Assembly: GCF_009914755.1 (NCBI RefSeq)
Contig: NC_060938.1
Reading direction: 5' to 3' (one strand)
DNA: 64,000 bases
From: the human T2T-CHM13v2.0 reference genome, Homo sapiens
The notes under the pieces are model-generated. The model was not told where the DNA came from. It ran no database searches and worked only from the letters and a program-made list of their open reading frames with translations. The position numbers and the translations under genes were made by a program. Shown here piece by piece: positions 51,301 to 64,000 of this stretch (positions are counted from its first letter, which is position 1; each line of letters begins with the position of its first letter).

Positions 51301-52164
51301 GCCTCCAGCTAGTGACTCAGGATGGGAAACACCTGGAACGCATCATATGCCTACTACGTGGTAGCAGTTGATTAATGTTAGCTAATATTAATGCTGGTTT
51401 CTCTGGGAAGTATTAATGACCTGTTATAAAAGTTATACATAGGTGTAGGATATGATGAAACCTAACATTTGTACTTACTTATTGGCAGTTTAATTATATT
51501 AAAAACTTAGCTAAAATGCATTGATAGATTAAAAATTAAAACTGCATCATCATAATTTGAATATAGATTTTCTCCATAAACTTTACAATTTAAATGTATC
51601 TTTGTTTTTGTTTTTAAATCACAGCAGTGAAGGTTTAACAATGAACAGTTTCTAAATTAGTTGAATATACTAACTTTGAAAGCCAGTGCCTTTCGTCACA
51701 GGAGAATGTACTTACCAATTACAACATTTTGATAAGGCATTCTTATGTGAAAATGCATCTGATCTAAATCAGTTTTGCATTCTCTGGTCTGCTAACATTA
51801 GTTTCATTTCTTGCATTTTGAACAAAGAGTTGTGTATTTTTTTCGAATTAGAGTTGGACCTCTAAATTGAGGTTTCATATGAATAGTTATATTTAAAAAA
51901 AATCTCTTCAAGTCATTCTGTAGTACTTGATTGAAATCATGAACATGACATACCACTTCATCAGCAGTTTTTCCCAGCATTAAATTATTTTATTATTTTA
52001 CTCTAGTGTCACAAATCTAAGAATGTCATTTCTAAAAATTTCTAAAATAGCATTGATAATTAAGTCTTACAAGTTAGGTAGACTGAATGTTAAATTTGGT
52101 TCTCTTAAAATGCAGAAGAATGAGAATTCTGATAAGCAGATCTTACCCAGCATTTTTTATTTTA

Positions 52165-52520
52165 AGAAGATTTTCTTTAAAGTACACAAAACATACATGT
52201 AGAGTTTGATGAATTTTCATAAAGTGAACACATCCATTTCTACAGTACCCAAGTCAAGTAACAGGACATTATCAATACCCTCAAAGACCCCCTTGCTCCC
52301 AGTTACTCTCCCACCCCCAAGCAGTAACAGATAACCCCCATCCTGACCAAACACCACAGATTAGTTTTGGTACTTTGTACAGTTGGATCTATAGTATAGA
52401 CTTTTTGTTGCTGACTACTTTCATGTATCATTATATTTGTGAGCGAAATAACCTCTGTTGGATATCATAATTGTTCATTGCTATATAATATTCCATTGTG
52501 TGAATATTCATTCTGTTAGC
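52165..52520 (-). mobile_element. L1ME-type 3' end fragment
   Basis: Contains agtttgatgaattttcataaagtgaacacatcc..acaccacagattagtttt..ttcattgctatataatattccattgtgtgaat. Confidence 0.68.
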
Positions 52521-53604
52521 CAATATGCTTTAACATTTTGATAACACTAAGACCTGTTAAGTTTTTGCAAATTATTAAAGGTATTTTAACTTAGTTTAGG
52601 ATGTAAAGTCAAAAAATATGGAAGTCAATAAAAGCTACCAGTGGTCACATTTATAACTTGCAGCAATTTGAATTGTAGTTATTTGTTGCATAAGTAAAAA
52701 TGTGTCCTCACTTAGAAAATTGGTTAGTCTGCTAAAACAGTAATGATTTTACAGAATTGAATATTTGGAGGATGAACTCTATGGTAAACTCTGGATTTTA
52801 TTCTGAAAGGTGAGTGACAGTCCCCGATGCCACCCCTTTTGTGAAATCTGTGGTGTTCTCTAGTGTGCCCTTTCCCTACCTTGCATTGGACTTGGTCCTG
52901 ACAAGTCTCTGTTCCCAGCAGATTGTGAGGTCCTGGACAGCAGGACCCACTCTTATAGGCAGGTACCCAGAGAAGAAAGGCCACATAACTGATGGAATGA
53001 ATGAGCAACACCCAGCTAGGACTCTTAGAATCTGTTGCTTTTTAGGTAATTTCATGAAGTGCAAAGCAGTTTAATAACTTTTGACCAGAGACAGATGGAA
53101 GTTTTTAGTGTTACAGTAAAATTGGTTGAAATATTTTCTTCTCATTTGTGAAAGTTCATCTTTACCTAACACTCGAGTAGAATCCTCAGGTGGGAAAATG
53201 CAGTGTGGCTGACTGGCAGCAGCAATGAACCACACAGTGATACCGGGTGGAGTCCAGGCCACAAAGACTGTAACTGCTGTGGAAGGGTTGCCTGCCTGGG
53301 CACCTCAAAAGGAGAAGGGCAGCAGGTTCAGATCAGGTTGTCTGCAGCCAGCTGCTGGAAGGGTATTTGCCCAAAGGGTGTTGCTAGTACCCATGAGGAA
53401 CTCCTTCCATTCCTTGCCCACCTTCTGAGCCTGTGAGATTAGACAGAGGCAGTGTAAATTCCTCTGGTGAAGTTGCTGTGCCACTAGCAACTTCAAAATC
53501 TGGCAATCTAAACTATAATTTTGAGAACTTTGTACTTGAGCTATAATACAAAATCATTTTTAGTAAGTTTTGCTCTAGTTAACTACCTTTGTTTTTGTTT
53601 TTAA

Positions 53605-54006
<402 letters not shown>

Positions 54007-54158
54007 TGAAATTTCTTGCATTTTGTCTTTTGTTACACTGATACCTTTCTAGTGTACATTCCCTGTTCATCATTTTCTAAAGTCGAGTCGTGTTAAACTG
54101 GGTTAAAGGAGGGAAACATGAAAAGGTTTAGGAATATTATTTCTAATTAAAGGTTGAG

Positions 54159-54346
54159 AGTTTCTCAACCTCAGCACCATTGGCAGTTTGGGCCAGATAA
54201 TCTTTGTTGTGGGGCCCGTGCTGTGCCTTTTAGGATGTTTAGCAGCATCTATGGCCTTTACCCACTCGACACCAGTACCATCTCCTGTGCCCTCGTATGA
54301 TTACCAAAAGATGTCTTCAGATGTTACTGGATGTCCCCTGGAGGGC
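54159..54346 (+). mobile_element. MER20 (hAT-Charlie)
   Basis: Contains ttctcaacctcagcaccattg..tttgggccagataatctttgttgtgggg..taggatgtttagcagcatc..atgtcccctgg. Confidence 0.85.
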
Positions 54347-54371
54347 TACTGATTTAGGCTATTAAGCTCTA

Positions 54372-54610
54372 GTTAGTATGGAATCTGGTTAATAGTACAG
54401 GCTCTGAAGTCAAATTCCTTGGATTGAAATTCTAACTCTTCTTTGGCCAAGTGACAACCACTCTGACCCGCAGTTTTCTCATCGCTCACGTTGGGGACTA
54501 TAATGTTACTCAACTCATAGATTAGAATGAATGAGTTAATACATGTAAATCTTTAAGAATGGCACCTGGTGTGTTGTAAATGCTCAACAAATGTTAACCA
54601 ATATTACTGT
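54372..54610 (+). mobile_element. MIR SINE
   Basis: Contains tggttaatagtacaggctctgaagtca..cagttttctcatc..aatgagttaatacatgtaaa..aaatgctcaacaaatgtta. Confidence 0.75.
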
Positions 54611-56478
54611 TTTTATTTGTAAGAACATTGGGTATTATAGTACATCTTTTCTTCTTATTTTTCACCATGTCACAGAATGGAGACCTAAGGGGTAATAATA
54701 AGTGAGAAAATTTCTTAACAAATTATTCTTCATTTTAAAAAGCTGCATTGCTGTATCCTCTGGCAGGCAGTGTGGCAAAGTGAATGCATATCTGACTCTT
54801 CCGACAAGTTCCTTTGCCTTCAGTAACTCTGTGCTGCTTAGCAGAAACCATTGCTTTAAATCAGGCTTTGTGGAAATAGAGGGAGATGACTTACAAATTG
54901 ACTTTCAATATGGGGTTAATCCATCTTTGTTCTGGATTAAGAAAGGCTGGTCTCAGTCCTCTGAGCCTCTGTCTTCCCAGAGTTGGAGGCACATTTCAAG
55001 ACCGTCTGTCCCCAGCCCAAGACAGAGGGTAGTGAGATGCCCCCAGATGGGAGTATGGGCTGGAAGAAATGCTGATTTTCTCTATTACCTCGATCAGTTG
55101 AAGCTACCTCCTCCTTGAATTTAACCCATTATCTGATTTGACAAGAATTTATTTTGCTAAAACCGTGATTGTGGCCATGATTGCTAATTTCAAAGAATAA
55201 AAAAAATGCAGGGAAGTTGGGGAGGGAAGGGCCTACAGAAGGAATAGCAGAGATTGGACAGAAGGGAAATATTGTTTCCTAAAACCTGACAATGGGAAAG
55301 GAAAAAGAGAAGAAGCTGCAAGCAAATACTTAGTCATACATACCAAAATAGACTTGAAATAATTTAAATCAGCCAAATACCTCCACTAGTGATACATGCA
55401 ACTGAATTACATTGACCAGTTTATAGGTTTAAAAAATCCATATGAGTTAATCTCAAATATGTTAATGACCAATATTTTAAAATTTTATCAAGTTTCTGAC
55501 TTTTAAAACACGCTTCTGATAAAGAATTGGAATTTTTAATGTAGAAAAAATGTTTTAAGTTAATGTGAGATTTTTAAAGGGAAGTCAGCCTCCTTTTTTG
55601 CCAAAATAAAGGAGTATATAATTTGCCCCAGTTATGATGCCATTTTCCTAGAATGTTAGGAAGATTCTGATTCCTCCTGTTCACTTTTCCCAATGTGAAA
55701 ACTGAGACCTAGAGTTACAGGACCTTTCTAGGATTGCTTAGCTAGCTTGAGCCTTGAGCTCTTGTTAATTTTTTCATTGTTGGGGGGTCTTAATTTGGCT
55801 TAAGAAGTTGATACAAGTCTTTTACAACGTTGTTCTTTTTTTAAATCTAGTAATTGTTTCTGAACTTTATGGACTTGTACGTCGTAGGAAGCACTGATAA
55901 AAATGCAGCTGAGTGTCAGATGCTTTTATTACCTGGAAGCTGGTGCCCTGACTATGAATACACAGTTTACTTCCCACTCGGGCAGCAAGTTTCCTGGCAT
56001 GTGTCTGCCTCTCTCCCTGCAGGCTCAGGTGCCCCTGTTCCTGTCGTCAGCATCCGGCCCTGCACTGCTGTTGCCCTCTGAATCTCCTCTGTCTTTCCTG
56101 TCTTTGGCTGTGGTCTCTTCACTACCTACCCTGTCCAATCTAAGTGAGAAAGCTGCATCACGCTTAAGGTTTTCTTTCCTTAATACCAGGCCCCACTGCC
56201 CCAGTGAGTGCCCAGATCCTGCAGAATCTGCTTCTTCACCAGTCGCCATCCCTAGCATGGACATTTGCAGTGGACATTTGTGAATGGACTGATGGATGAG
56301 CCACTGATAGTGTTCCCTTCACTGCAGGCCTTAGTATATTCATGCCTGTTAGATGTGACACTTAAGTGCTAAATATACTTTGAAGGTAATGTGGAACCCT
56401 CTCTCCATCACATGAAGCATGTCTGCTCAGGGGCATCCCTTCACCCCGCTGAAAAGCTTGAATAATTCTCCATGGTAA

Positions 56479-56508
56479 CTGGATAAGGCAGCCCTGGATA
56501 AGGCAGCC
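56479..56508. repeat. Perfect 15-bp tandem duplication (ctggataaggcagcc)x2
   Basis: Read directly from the sequence. Confidence 0.95.
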
Positions 56509-59376
56509 CCACGTCCAGAGACTGGCACATGAAGTCTTTCACAGAATGCCCCCCGCCCCGCCCATACCCTTCTAGCCTCCTTTCCACCAGTGCCCATTCC
56601 TCTGCCTCAAAATTCAGTCAATGGAGAATTGTAAAAGATTAGTACATTTAGGATCTTGTCTTTTATGTAAGTGAAAATAAGGACCGAGTGTTGATGCTTT
56701 GGATTCAAGAGCCAGCTGTGCAAAATTAAAGTATCCTATTATTCACTGTGTGTAATGATGACCCTAATGAATGTGGGATAATTCACTTCCCATTGATGAG
56801 AATTCAGTCTAAAACTGTAAACTAGATGCTCATTAATTTAATGCTTTTCCTTGACACATGTTTTGTTTCTACAGCTGTTAGTGAAATGTTTTTAGGCATC
56901 TGTGCAGGTGGAAGGATGCATGCAAGCTAAATAAGTCTAGAGGACGAAGAGAATCTCTTTGGTATTCCTTATAACCATCCTTCTAAAAGGGGATCCCCAA
57001 CCCCCTTCAAAAGCATGCTTCTGGAAGTCTCTTGTGGCTCAGTCTCTACCCTGTTTACTTGTCATATTGTGTCTTTATGTCTGCTTCTCACCATTTTGCC
57101 ATTCTCATTTTCTAGTAGGGACGTGGGCATGGAGAGACAAAACACCGGAACTGCCAGGAGAGAGCAGAGCTTCCCCTTCCTGTGAGCAGCCCTGGGTGGT
57201 CCTACCCCCTCCCCTCACAGCTGGTTTGAGGCTGAAGCAGCTTTCCACTGCATCTGTCCACCGAGGCAGTTCTGAAGCTAGTTGGGCCTTTTAATGGCCG
57301 TAAAACAGAATTGCTGTGTGGAAGGCCTTTCAGCAATTTAGCTAAAGGCTTTAGAGGCAGTGGAGATCTTTTCACTTACGAATAGTGGCACTAATGAAAC
57401 AGGTGGGGATACCTTTCCTCTAAATGCTGCCATTCTCTGTGTTCAAACACTGCAAACCCCTCATCCGGAGAAACTTTCCCACCTTGGCTGTGTTAGTCCA
57501 TATTAAACCGTTTGTTAAGTTTGGGAGCGGTTCTACAGAGATCTTCTGGTTGTTTAAATGTGAATCAGATGTCAAAAAGCCTAATCTGCCCAGCTGGCAG
57601 TTTGGGCCCCAGTCTCAGAGGCTGCACATGTGCGCAAGCCGTGATTGGCAGGTGTGGTTTCAGGCAGCATGTGACAGTGCTCCGGACAGGAGAGCATGGC
57701 CTCTGCAAGTGTATTCCCAGCTGGCAGGATGTGGCTTTTATTTAACTGCAAAATGTCAGTTTATCATTACTGGGCGTGGGTAGAGAAGGAGGGACTCTGT
57801 ACAATTAAGTGTTTACTCAGCAGGTGACTACAATAAGTACAGAAATGGTTAAAATGTTATGACTGTGATTTTTAAGTACAATTTCTAGGATTGTGGAGGT
57901 TACATTGTATAAATAGGATTAATACCAAATGAATTTAAAGGCTACAGAGAAGAGATTCCCTAGGAGTAACTCCCCACCCCTCCTTAAAATAACGATGTCT
58001 GTTTCTTTCCAAAGCATGTTTTCGTTTTGTTTTTGTTTTGAGGGGTTTTTCGGTGAAATTGTGAACCCTGAAACTAGTGTGTCTGGCATTTATTTCTGGA
58101 GAAGGCCCTTCTAAGTCTATGTTTACTAAGCAATTTGAGCCACAGAAAACTTTTAGTCTCTGATAATTTGATATCTGGTGATGAGACAGTAATTACATCA
58201 CTATTTCTAGGTTGGTAATCTTTGCTTTGGAAAATGTGTAATCCTCTGCTTCAGACATACTCAGTGTGGATCCATCACAGATGTGGCTGAAAGAAAAAAA
58301 TCTGCAACCTCTTGCTTTTGTACATTCTTTTCTCTTGCCAAAGCTGTCTTGCCCTCTGCACTGTGATTGTATTATACTGCCCATTTGAAAAATGGCCGAT
58401 AGGATCATTTTAAAATCATAATCTTTAAAAAATATTTTTACTTTAGGAACGTTTGTCTTAATTTTTGCCGATATGGTGTGTTAAGATTAGAATCTGTTAA
58501 TTTCCTGACATTTATTAACTACGTGATATTTAAATTCCTTGCCTATTTTTGAATTGTATTGTTTGACTTCTGTTTTTTAATTTGTAGAATGTGTTATATG
58601 TGTTGCATATATTTTGTTTATCTTTTAACTTTGTTCATGGTGTCTCATCTCATACTTGAGTTGGGTATAATCAAATCTGGAATTTTCTCACTTAAGCTTT
58701 ATAAGTTTCTTGTTTTGCATAAGAAGTGCTTATCTATCTCAAGGTTTATGTAACATATTTTTTCAGATACTTTAAGTATTTTATTCTAAGTGTTTAGATT
58801 TTTCTTGCATTAGAATTGTTTATTTAATTAATATTAATTGAGCATCTGCTGTGTGCCAGGCCCTGGGCTCTGCATGGGATGAGTTAAGACAAACATGGTC
58901 CCTGCACAAATGGAGGTTGTAGGGTCAGAGGCAGGCAATAAATAAGAAATCAAACAAATAAATATATAATATTCATTGGTGCTCAGCACTGTCAAGGAAA
59001 CAAACAGTGGAGAATACTGTGAGGGCCAGGGACACATATTTAAGTTTTGATGAGTTATGAAGGCATACATAGAGTTTAGTCTTGCAAACAGAGAGGGGCA
59101 GAAGTGTAACTGTCAGCATATTCTAAGACTCTGAGGCAGGCTTGAGGGCTGGTTAGTGGGGAGTTGGAGCTTGGGATGAGATGAGGGTACAGTCAAGTCT
59201 TGTTCATGGGCCTTGGCTTTAATCTGGTTGCAATAGGAAGCTGTTGGGTGTTTGGGGAGACATTTATGCATGAAGCGGGTGTTCTGGCTTTGATATGGAA
59301 GGAAAGGATGGAAGCACAGAGACCAGTTAGAGCCTGTTGCATTGGCTTAGACCAGAAATGAAGTGGCTTAGACTAG

Positions 59377-59734
59377 TGTAATGGTTAATTGTATGTGTTA
59401 ACTTGGCTGGGCCATTGTGCCTAGATTTGTGGTCAGGTGTTATTCTCAATGTTTCTGTGAAGGTGTTTTTGGATGAGATTAACATTTAAATCTCTAGACT
59501 TTGAGTAAAGCACATCAGGTAAAAGCTTGCATAGAACGAAAAGATTAACCCAATCCAAGCAAGAGGGAATTATCAGCAGATGGCCTTCAGACTTGAACTG
59601 CAGTCTTGGTTCTTTCTGGGGTCTCCGGCCTGCCTGTGCACACACACACACATGCAGACACACACACCAGGAATGGTGACTGGTGAAGACACACACACAC
59701 ACACACACACACACCAGGGATCATGACTGGTGAA

Positions 59735-59773
<39 letters not shown>

Positions 59774-59814
59774 ACCTCTTTGGTCCACTTCTCTAGAGAA
59801 CCCTGACTAATACA
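59377..59814 (+). mobile_element. MLT2 (B/C/D-like) solo LTR (sense)
   Basis: Runs tgtaatggttaattgtatgtgttaacttggctgggcca..tttctgtgaaggtgtttttggatgagattaacatt..gagaaccctgactaataca. Perfect TSD actag. Confidence 0.88.
59639..59771. repeat. Compound (CA)n repeat with two 23-bp spacers
   Basis: (CA)n-ccaggaatggtgactggtgaaga-(CA)n-ccagggatcatgactggtgaaga-(CA)n. Confidence 0.93.
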
Positions 59815-61900
59815 ACTAGGATGGTGGGAGTAGAAGTACAGAGAAGCGAATATATCTTTGAGGAAGAAGCAACGGGACTCTCTCAGAGGAATAATTAATT
59901 GATTGTAATGTATGGATGATGATGCCATTCAAGGCAAAAAAGAGGAGCCGGTTTAAGGAGAAACTCAAAGAGTTTGGTTTGGGTCTTGTGTAGTCTGAGA
60001 TGCCAGTGAGATATGAGGGGAAGAGTTGAGGGCACAAATTGGATACATGAATCTGGAATTCAACCATGTAGAGAGGGGCAGAAGATTTAGGACTGAGCAT
60101 TGGTGAATTCATCCTTTAGACAAAGGCTGAAAAGGAGTGACCAGGAAATAGGGAGGAGAACCCAGAGAGCGTGGCATCATGGAGCATGAGAGGAGTGTGC
60201 CTAAGGCAGACTGGAGTAGCTGACAACATCACATGCACTGAGTGAGTCCAGTGAGATGCGACTTAAAGGAAGGGACTTAGATTTGACCACTTGCAGGTTG
60301 GTGGCTATGGTGGCTAAGGCAAATCTGATGGAGCAGCGGGGACAGTGTCCAGCATGGAGTGGCTGAGCCATAAGCAGGAGATGAGCAAGTGCAGAGCCCA
60401 CATGTGACAGCTCTTTGGAACAGATGTGCAGTGATGGGGAGTAGCAAAACTAGGGAGGGCTTGGGGGTCATGACTTTTTAATGATGGATGATAGGAGAGC
60501 ATGCTTATATGCTGATGGAGATGACCCAGTATGGTGGGATATTGATGACAAGTAGAGAGAGGGTATAAATGGTTCTTGTTTTCTATCTATTCATTGGTCA
60601 ATTTTGGTACTTTTATATTTTGTTAGAAAATCTTCCATCTACTCTGGATTTTTGACAAAGTGAATAATGTTCACTTTATTTTAATCATTAGTGTCTGTAA
60701 TTATATCACCTTGTCTGTTCCTAATTTTGTATATTTTTTGTTCTTCTTTTCTTGCTTAAATAGCTTTTGTTTTACTCATATTTTCAAAGAGCCAGCTTAT
60801 GACTTCACTTACTTTTTCTACTGTTATTTTCTTAAGTTTTATTAATTTTACCTTGTATCTTTCCCCCTTCCTCCTACAAGAATTCTGTAAACAAAAACAA
60901 TTTTATTACTATCATGTGTGAGCCAAAAGTTTCTCTCTTGCTGCCCAAGGTCTTCCCCCATGAGAGTCATCATGTGATGCTTCTGGGTTGTCCTTAGTGA
61001 TTGTCCTGAGTGTCTCCACATGCCCATATTTGGAAACTGAATGTAGCGGTTCTGCCTGGGCTCTAATCTCCATTTACTTCTGTTCTGTTTTTGTTTATAC
61101 AAGAGACGGTCTGGCCTGGTCATTTCTCGTCTTGGTATGTTACTGCTGAGTCACAGTTCAGTTAACCAAGAACCATGAGAATGAAAGTTCTCAACTAATC
61201 ACAGACGGTAGATTCCCCAATGCAATGAAAAACTCTTCTTTATATCAGGAATATTAAAATGGAAGATTACATTTAAAATAATAATTAAATCTACCCAGTG
61301 CTTCATGGTTCTTCTTGTTGATTTCTCAGGGTGTGGTTAGCAATGAACTGAGGTTTATAACTAGCAAGTATTAGTGAAAACCCCCTGATAATTCAGTTTA
61401 ATGGCTACTTTGACACATTCATCCTGATTTAAACACAGACCCTACAGGTTATATAAACGGATAAGATACAAGTTGTTTTGGTAAATTAAAATCTGTAAAT
61501 ATGTATGATAAACCAGCCAGCTATTTCTTAAGTATTTACATGTAGTTTTCACTCAGCTTACCAGGGCCCAGGGATTTAATTAAGCTGTACTGCAAGTTCT
61601 GTTTATGGTTGTGCCATATACACAGGTGGTGCTCAATAAATCTTTGTTGACTTGATGTTGATTGAGTGTATCTGGGGTTTACCTTCACTGTAGAAATTAC
61701 CTTACATGGATGGCAACGCTAGGTGTATTCACCTGGTAGACAGTGGGTCTGTATGAAGCTTAGGTTTTGCTGGCAGTCAGCAGTTTAAGTGATTAACGAA
61801 GAGTTCTTACAATACAGGGAGCAACGATTTAAAGACAGAATTCAAGGCCTCAATATAACTGTTTACATTCTTTTTAATCTGTGTCATAATTCATTTTCAA

Positions 61901-62240
61901 ATATTTGTAGTTGTTATTGTAACAGAAGGTATTTCTTCTTTCTTTTACTGCTACTACACCACCTTGCCCTAACAATAATGAGAGTTCAAATACAGAGTGC
62001 TTATTCTGTGTCATACAGGTAATATCTATGGCCACCAGATTCTGTGCTAATAAGCACTTTGCATATTTTTATATTTGTAGTTGTTATTGTAACAGAAGGT
62101 ATTTCTTCTTTCTTTTACTGCTACTACACCACCTTGCCCTAACAATAATGAGAGTTCAAATACAGAGTGCTTATTCTGTGTCATACAGGTAATATCTATG
62201 GCCACCAGATTCTGTGCTAATAAGCACTTTGCATATTTTT
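61901..62240. repeat. Perfect 170-bp tandem duplication
   Basis: 61901-62070 is identical base for base to 62071-62240. Confidence 0.97.
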
Positions 62241-62420
62241 TTTTACTTTCCCTCACAACAGTTTCACAAGGTAGGGCTTTTATCATTTCCATTTTCAGAT
62301 GAGGCGTGTGAGGCACAGAGTGTTAAGTAACCTCCCCAGGGTCACACAGCCGGTGAGAAGTGGAGTGAAGACACGCCTGGGTCTGTCTAATGCCGGAGCT
62401 TCCTTTCATAACTACCACAC
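62140..62420 (-). mobile_element. MIR SINE (its 3' end falls within the 170-bp duplication)
   Basis: Contains ccattttcagatgagg..tgaggcacagagtgttaagtaacctccccagggtcacacagc. Confidence 0.8.
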
Positions 62421-63819
62421 TCTACTGCCTTCGTTACCCTATAGGGTACCATCTAGAACTGGAAATGACGACCAAGAAGGAAGGAAATCTCACTAAAGGG
62501 CTGGTAAAATAATCAATATAACCACCATTCAGCCAAAAATACACACGCAGGTGTTGAAATATTGGCTTTTTGATTTCTGAAATGCTGATGACTGTAAGTG
62601 AACAGCCTGTACTTCAGGCAAAGGTGATTCTTTTTTAAGTAACTGAATTCCTGAATCAGGTCTCTCCTCCTTAAAGTTCCTGTTAGACTGTTTTTAATAT
62701 CACAGCAGGCCTTAGCAGAAGAACTGTTGGCATTTTCATTAGTTGTCTTACATTTGCATTTCAAACAAACATTCTGATTGTTTGCCTCATAGATTTTGCC
62801 TGGTCTAATGGCCGTTAGTGATCATTATTAAATGGAACTGTCTAAAGATTTCACAAGTTTGTTTGGATTTCATAGGCCTTTTTTTTAAATAAGAAAGTCA
62901 CACAGTCATCTCTAATATTAAAATACATTTAATCTAGGTATAAAACACCAATTAAAAAAACATTAAACTTGGTCTTTAAATGTGAACCCAAGGAAGAGCA
63001 CTGGCCTGTGCATTTGGAGGCCTGGAACATGCACCCTGCAATGTGGCTCCAGATAAATGATTCACTGTCTCTGAGCTTTAGGGAGAAACCTGTAAAATGG
63101 AACTGTAGATAAGTACCGTTTCCATGCAGTTCTTCAAATTCAGTATTCTGTCGAAAGGATGATCCTGGATTTGCTGGTGGTTTTTCCATGAGAGTGTTAC
63201 TTAGGAGAAATGCAAAAGATATAGATAAAGATAAGCTAGAACCAGTGACAGATTTTTTCGCTTAAGTAGGCCTGCAAGCCTCCTTCCACATGATGTGAAA
63301 TAGTCACTCATCCTGGAGACTTGGACAGTAATATACCCAGTAGTGACAATTATCCAGGAAGGAGCTGGGGATTTAAACAACTGTAGTAGTGGTACTCTAT
63401 TTTTAAGTTCATGTGTCTGTGTACAGAGAATTTTGCATGCATTCATCCATCGTTTTTAAGGGCCTACCACATAGATGTTATTTTTGAGGAAATATTTTTC
63501 CCTATATATTATGGATGAATTGTATTGTCAAACTCCACCTGAAACCATTTCATTCTCATAGGCTCTCATTTGGTTAATTGCAAAATATGGTGAACTGCTA
63601 AATGTCTTTTGCTTTTAGGGGGTGGCTCAGTTGCACCATAGTTTACCAAGATATAGTTAGTAGTGCTTAACCAATAATTCAGCAAGCTGACTATATACAA
63701 TAATTCCATCCATAGTCAATTAGTTCATATTCTTTATCTACAAAAGCTGAATTCTGATGGCTCAAATCATTTTAAAGTTAAAATAGGCTTCTTAACCACA
63801 GACTTACAATAATATTAAT

Positions 63820-64000
63820 AATAACTCACTGTGATTACAAAAATCTACTGAATGTTAACTATGTGTTAGATACTATTCTAGCACTTAACATGTGTTTAAC
63901 TTATCTATTCTCACAACCCGATGAGGTAAATTCTATTGCCCTATTTGATAGATGTAGAAACTGAGGCACAGAGATGCATGAGATAACCTGCCAGTGTCAC
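63820..64000 (-). mobile_element. MIR SINE
   Basis: Contains tctcacaacccgatgaggta..agatgtagaaactgaggcacagaga..taacctgcc. Confidence 0.75.

Larger units (their letters stand above)
58835..60560 (-). mobile_element. L2 element interrupted by an MLT2 LTR
   Basis: Contains ttgagcatctgctgtgtgccagg..acaaacatggtccctgc..gagaccagttag..aaagagtttggtttggg..ttggatacatgaatctggaattca..gaggagaacccagagag. Confidence 0.75.

Noticed and set aside
52826-52849. Peptide DATPFVKS, resembling the KIAA1586 C-terminus as recalled
   Set aside because: The flanking codons do not extend the match, and the fossil transposase already has its own equivalent segment at ~46560-46660. Treated as coincidence pending tBLASTn.
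59639-59771. CRISPR-like repeat/spacer appearance
   Set aside because: This is eukaryotic DNA. The units are CA tracts with near-identical spacers inside an LTR, and there are no cas genes.

Overview
This is primate, most likely human, genomic DNA. It lies entirely within the PELI2 (Pellino-2 E3 ubiquitin ligase) gene, which is transcribed on the + strand. The only real coding sequence is the 130-nt coding exon 2 at 40111-40240; the rest is long intron 1 and intron 2. A large part of the window is interspersed repeat: an antisense ~7.8-kb full-length L1MA2/3-type element with its target-site duplication (TSD), older L1 and L2 fragments, 10 Alus, about 14 solo MaLR/ERVL LTRs (many with readable 5-bp TSDs), MIRs and hAT MITEs. 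Nearly all ORFs in the track are spurious or repeat-derived. The most notable observations are: (i) a ~1.6-kb fossil hAT (Tip100-group) transposase resembling KIAA1586 at ~45.0-46.7 kb; (ii) a perfect 170-bp tandem duplication at 61901-62240; (iii) a 60-nt hairpin that pairs fully only on the sense strand, at 11981-12040; (iv) alternative acceptors and an in-frame intronic ATG before exon 2, with sense LTRs upstream that retain a splice donor or DUX4-like sites; (v) several templated-insertion or fold-back repair scars; (vi) an AluY with a target deletion and no TSD; (vii) a candidate recursive splice site. I cannot support a wholly new biological system from sequence alone. Repeat subfamily names and protein comparisons come from recalled consensus sequences and need confirmation.
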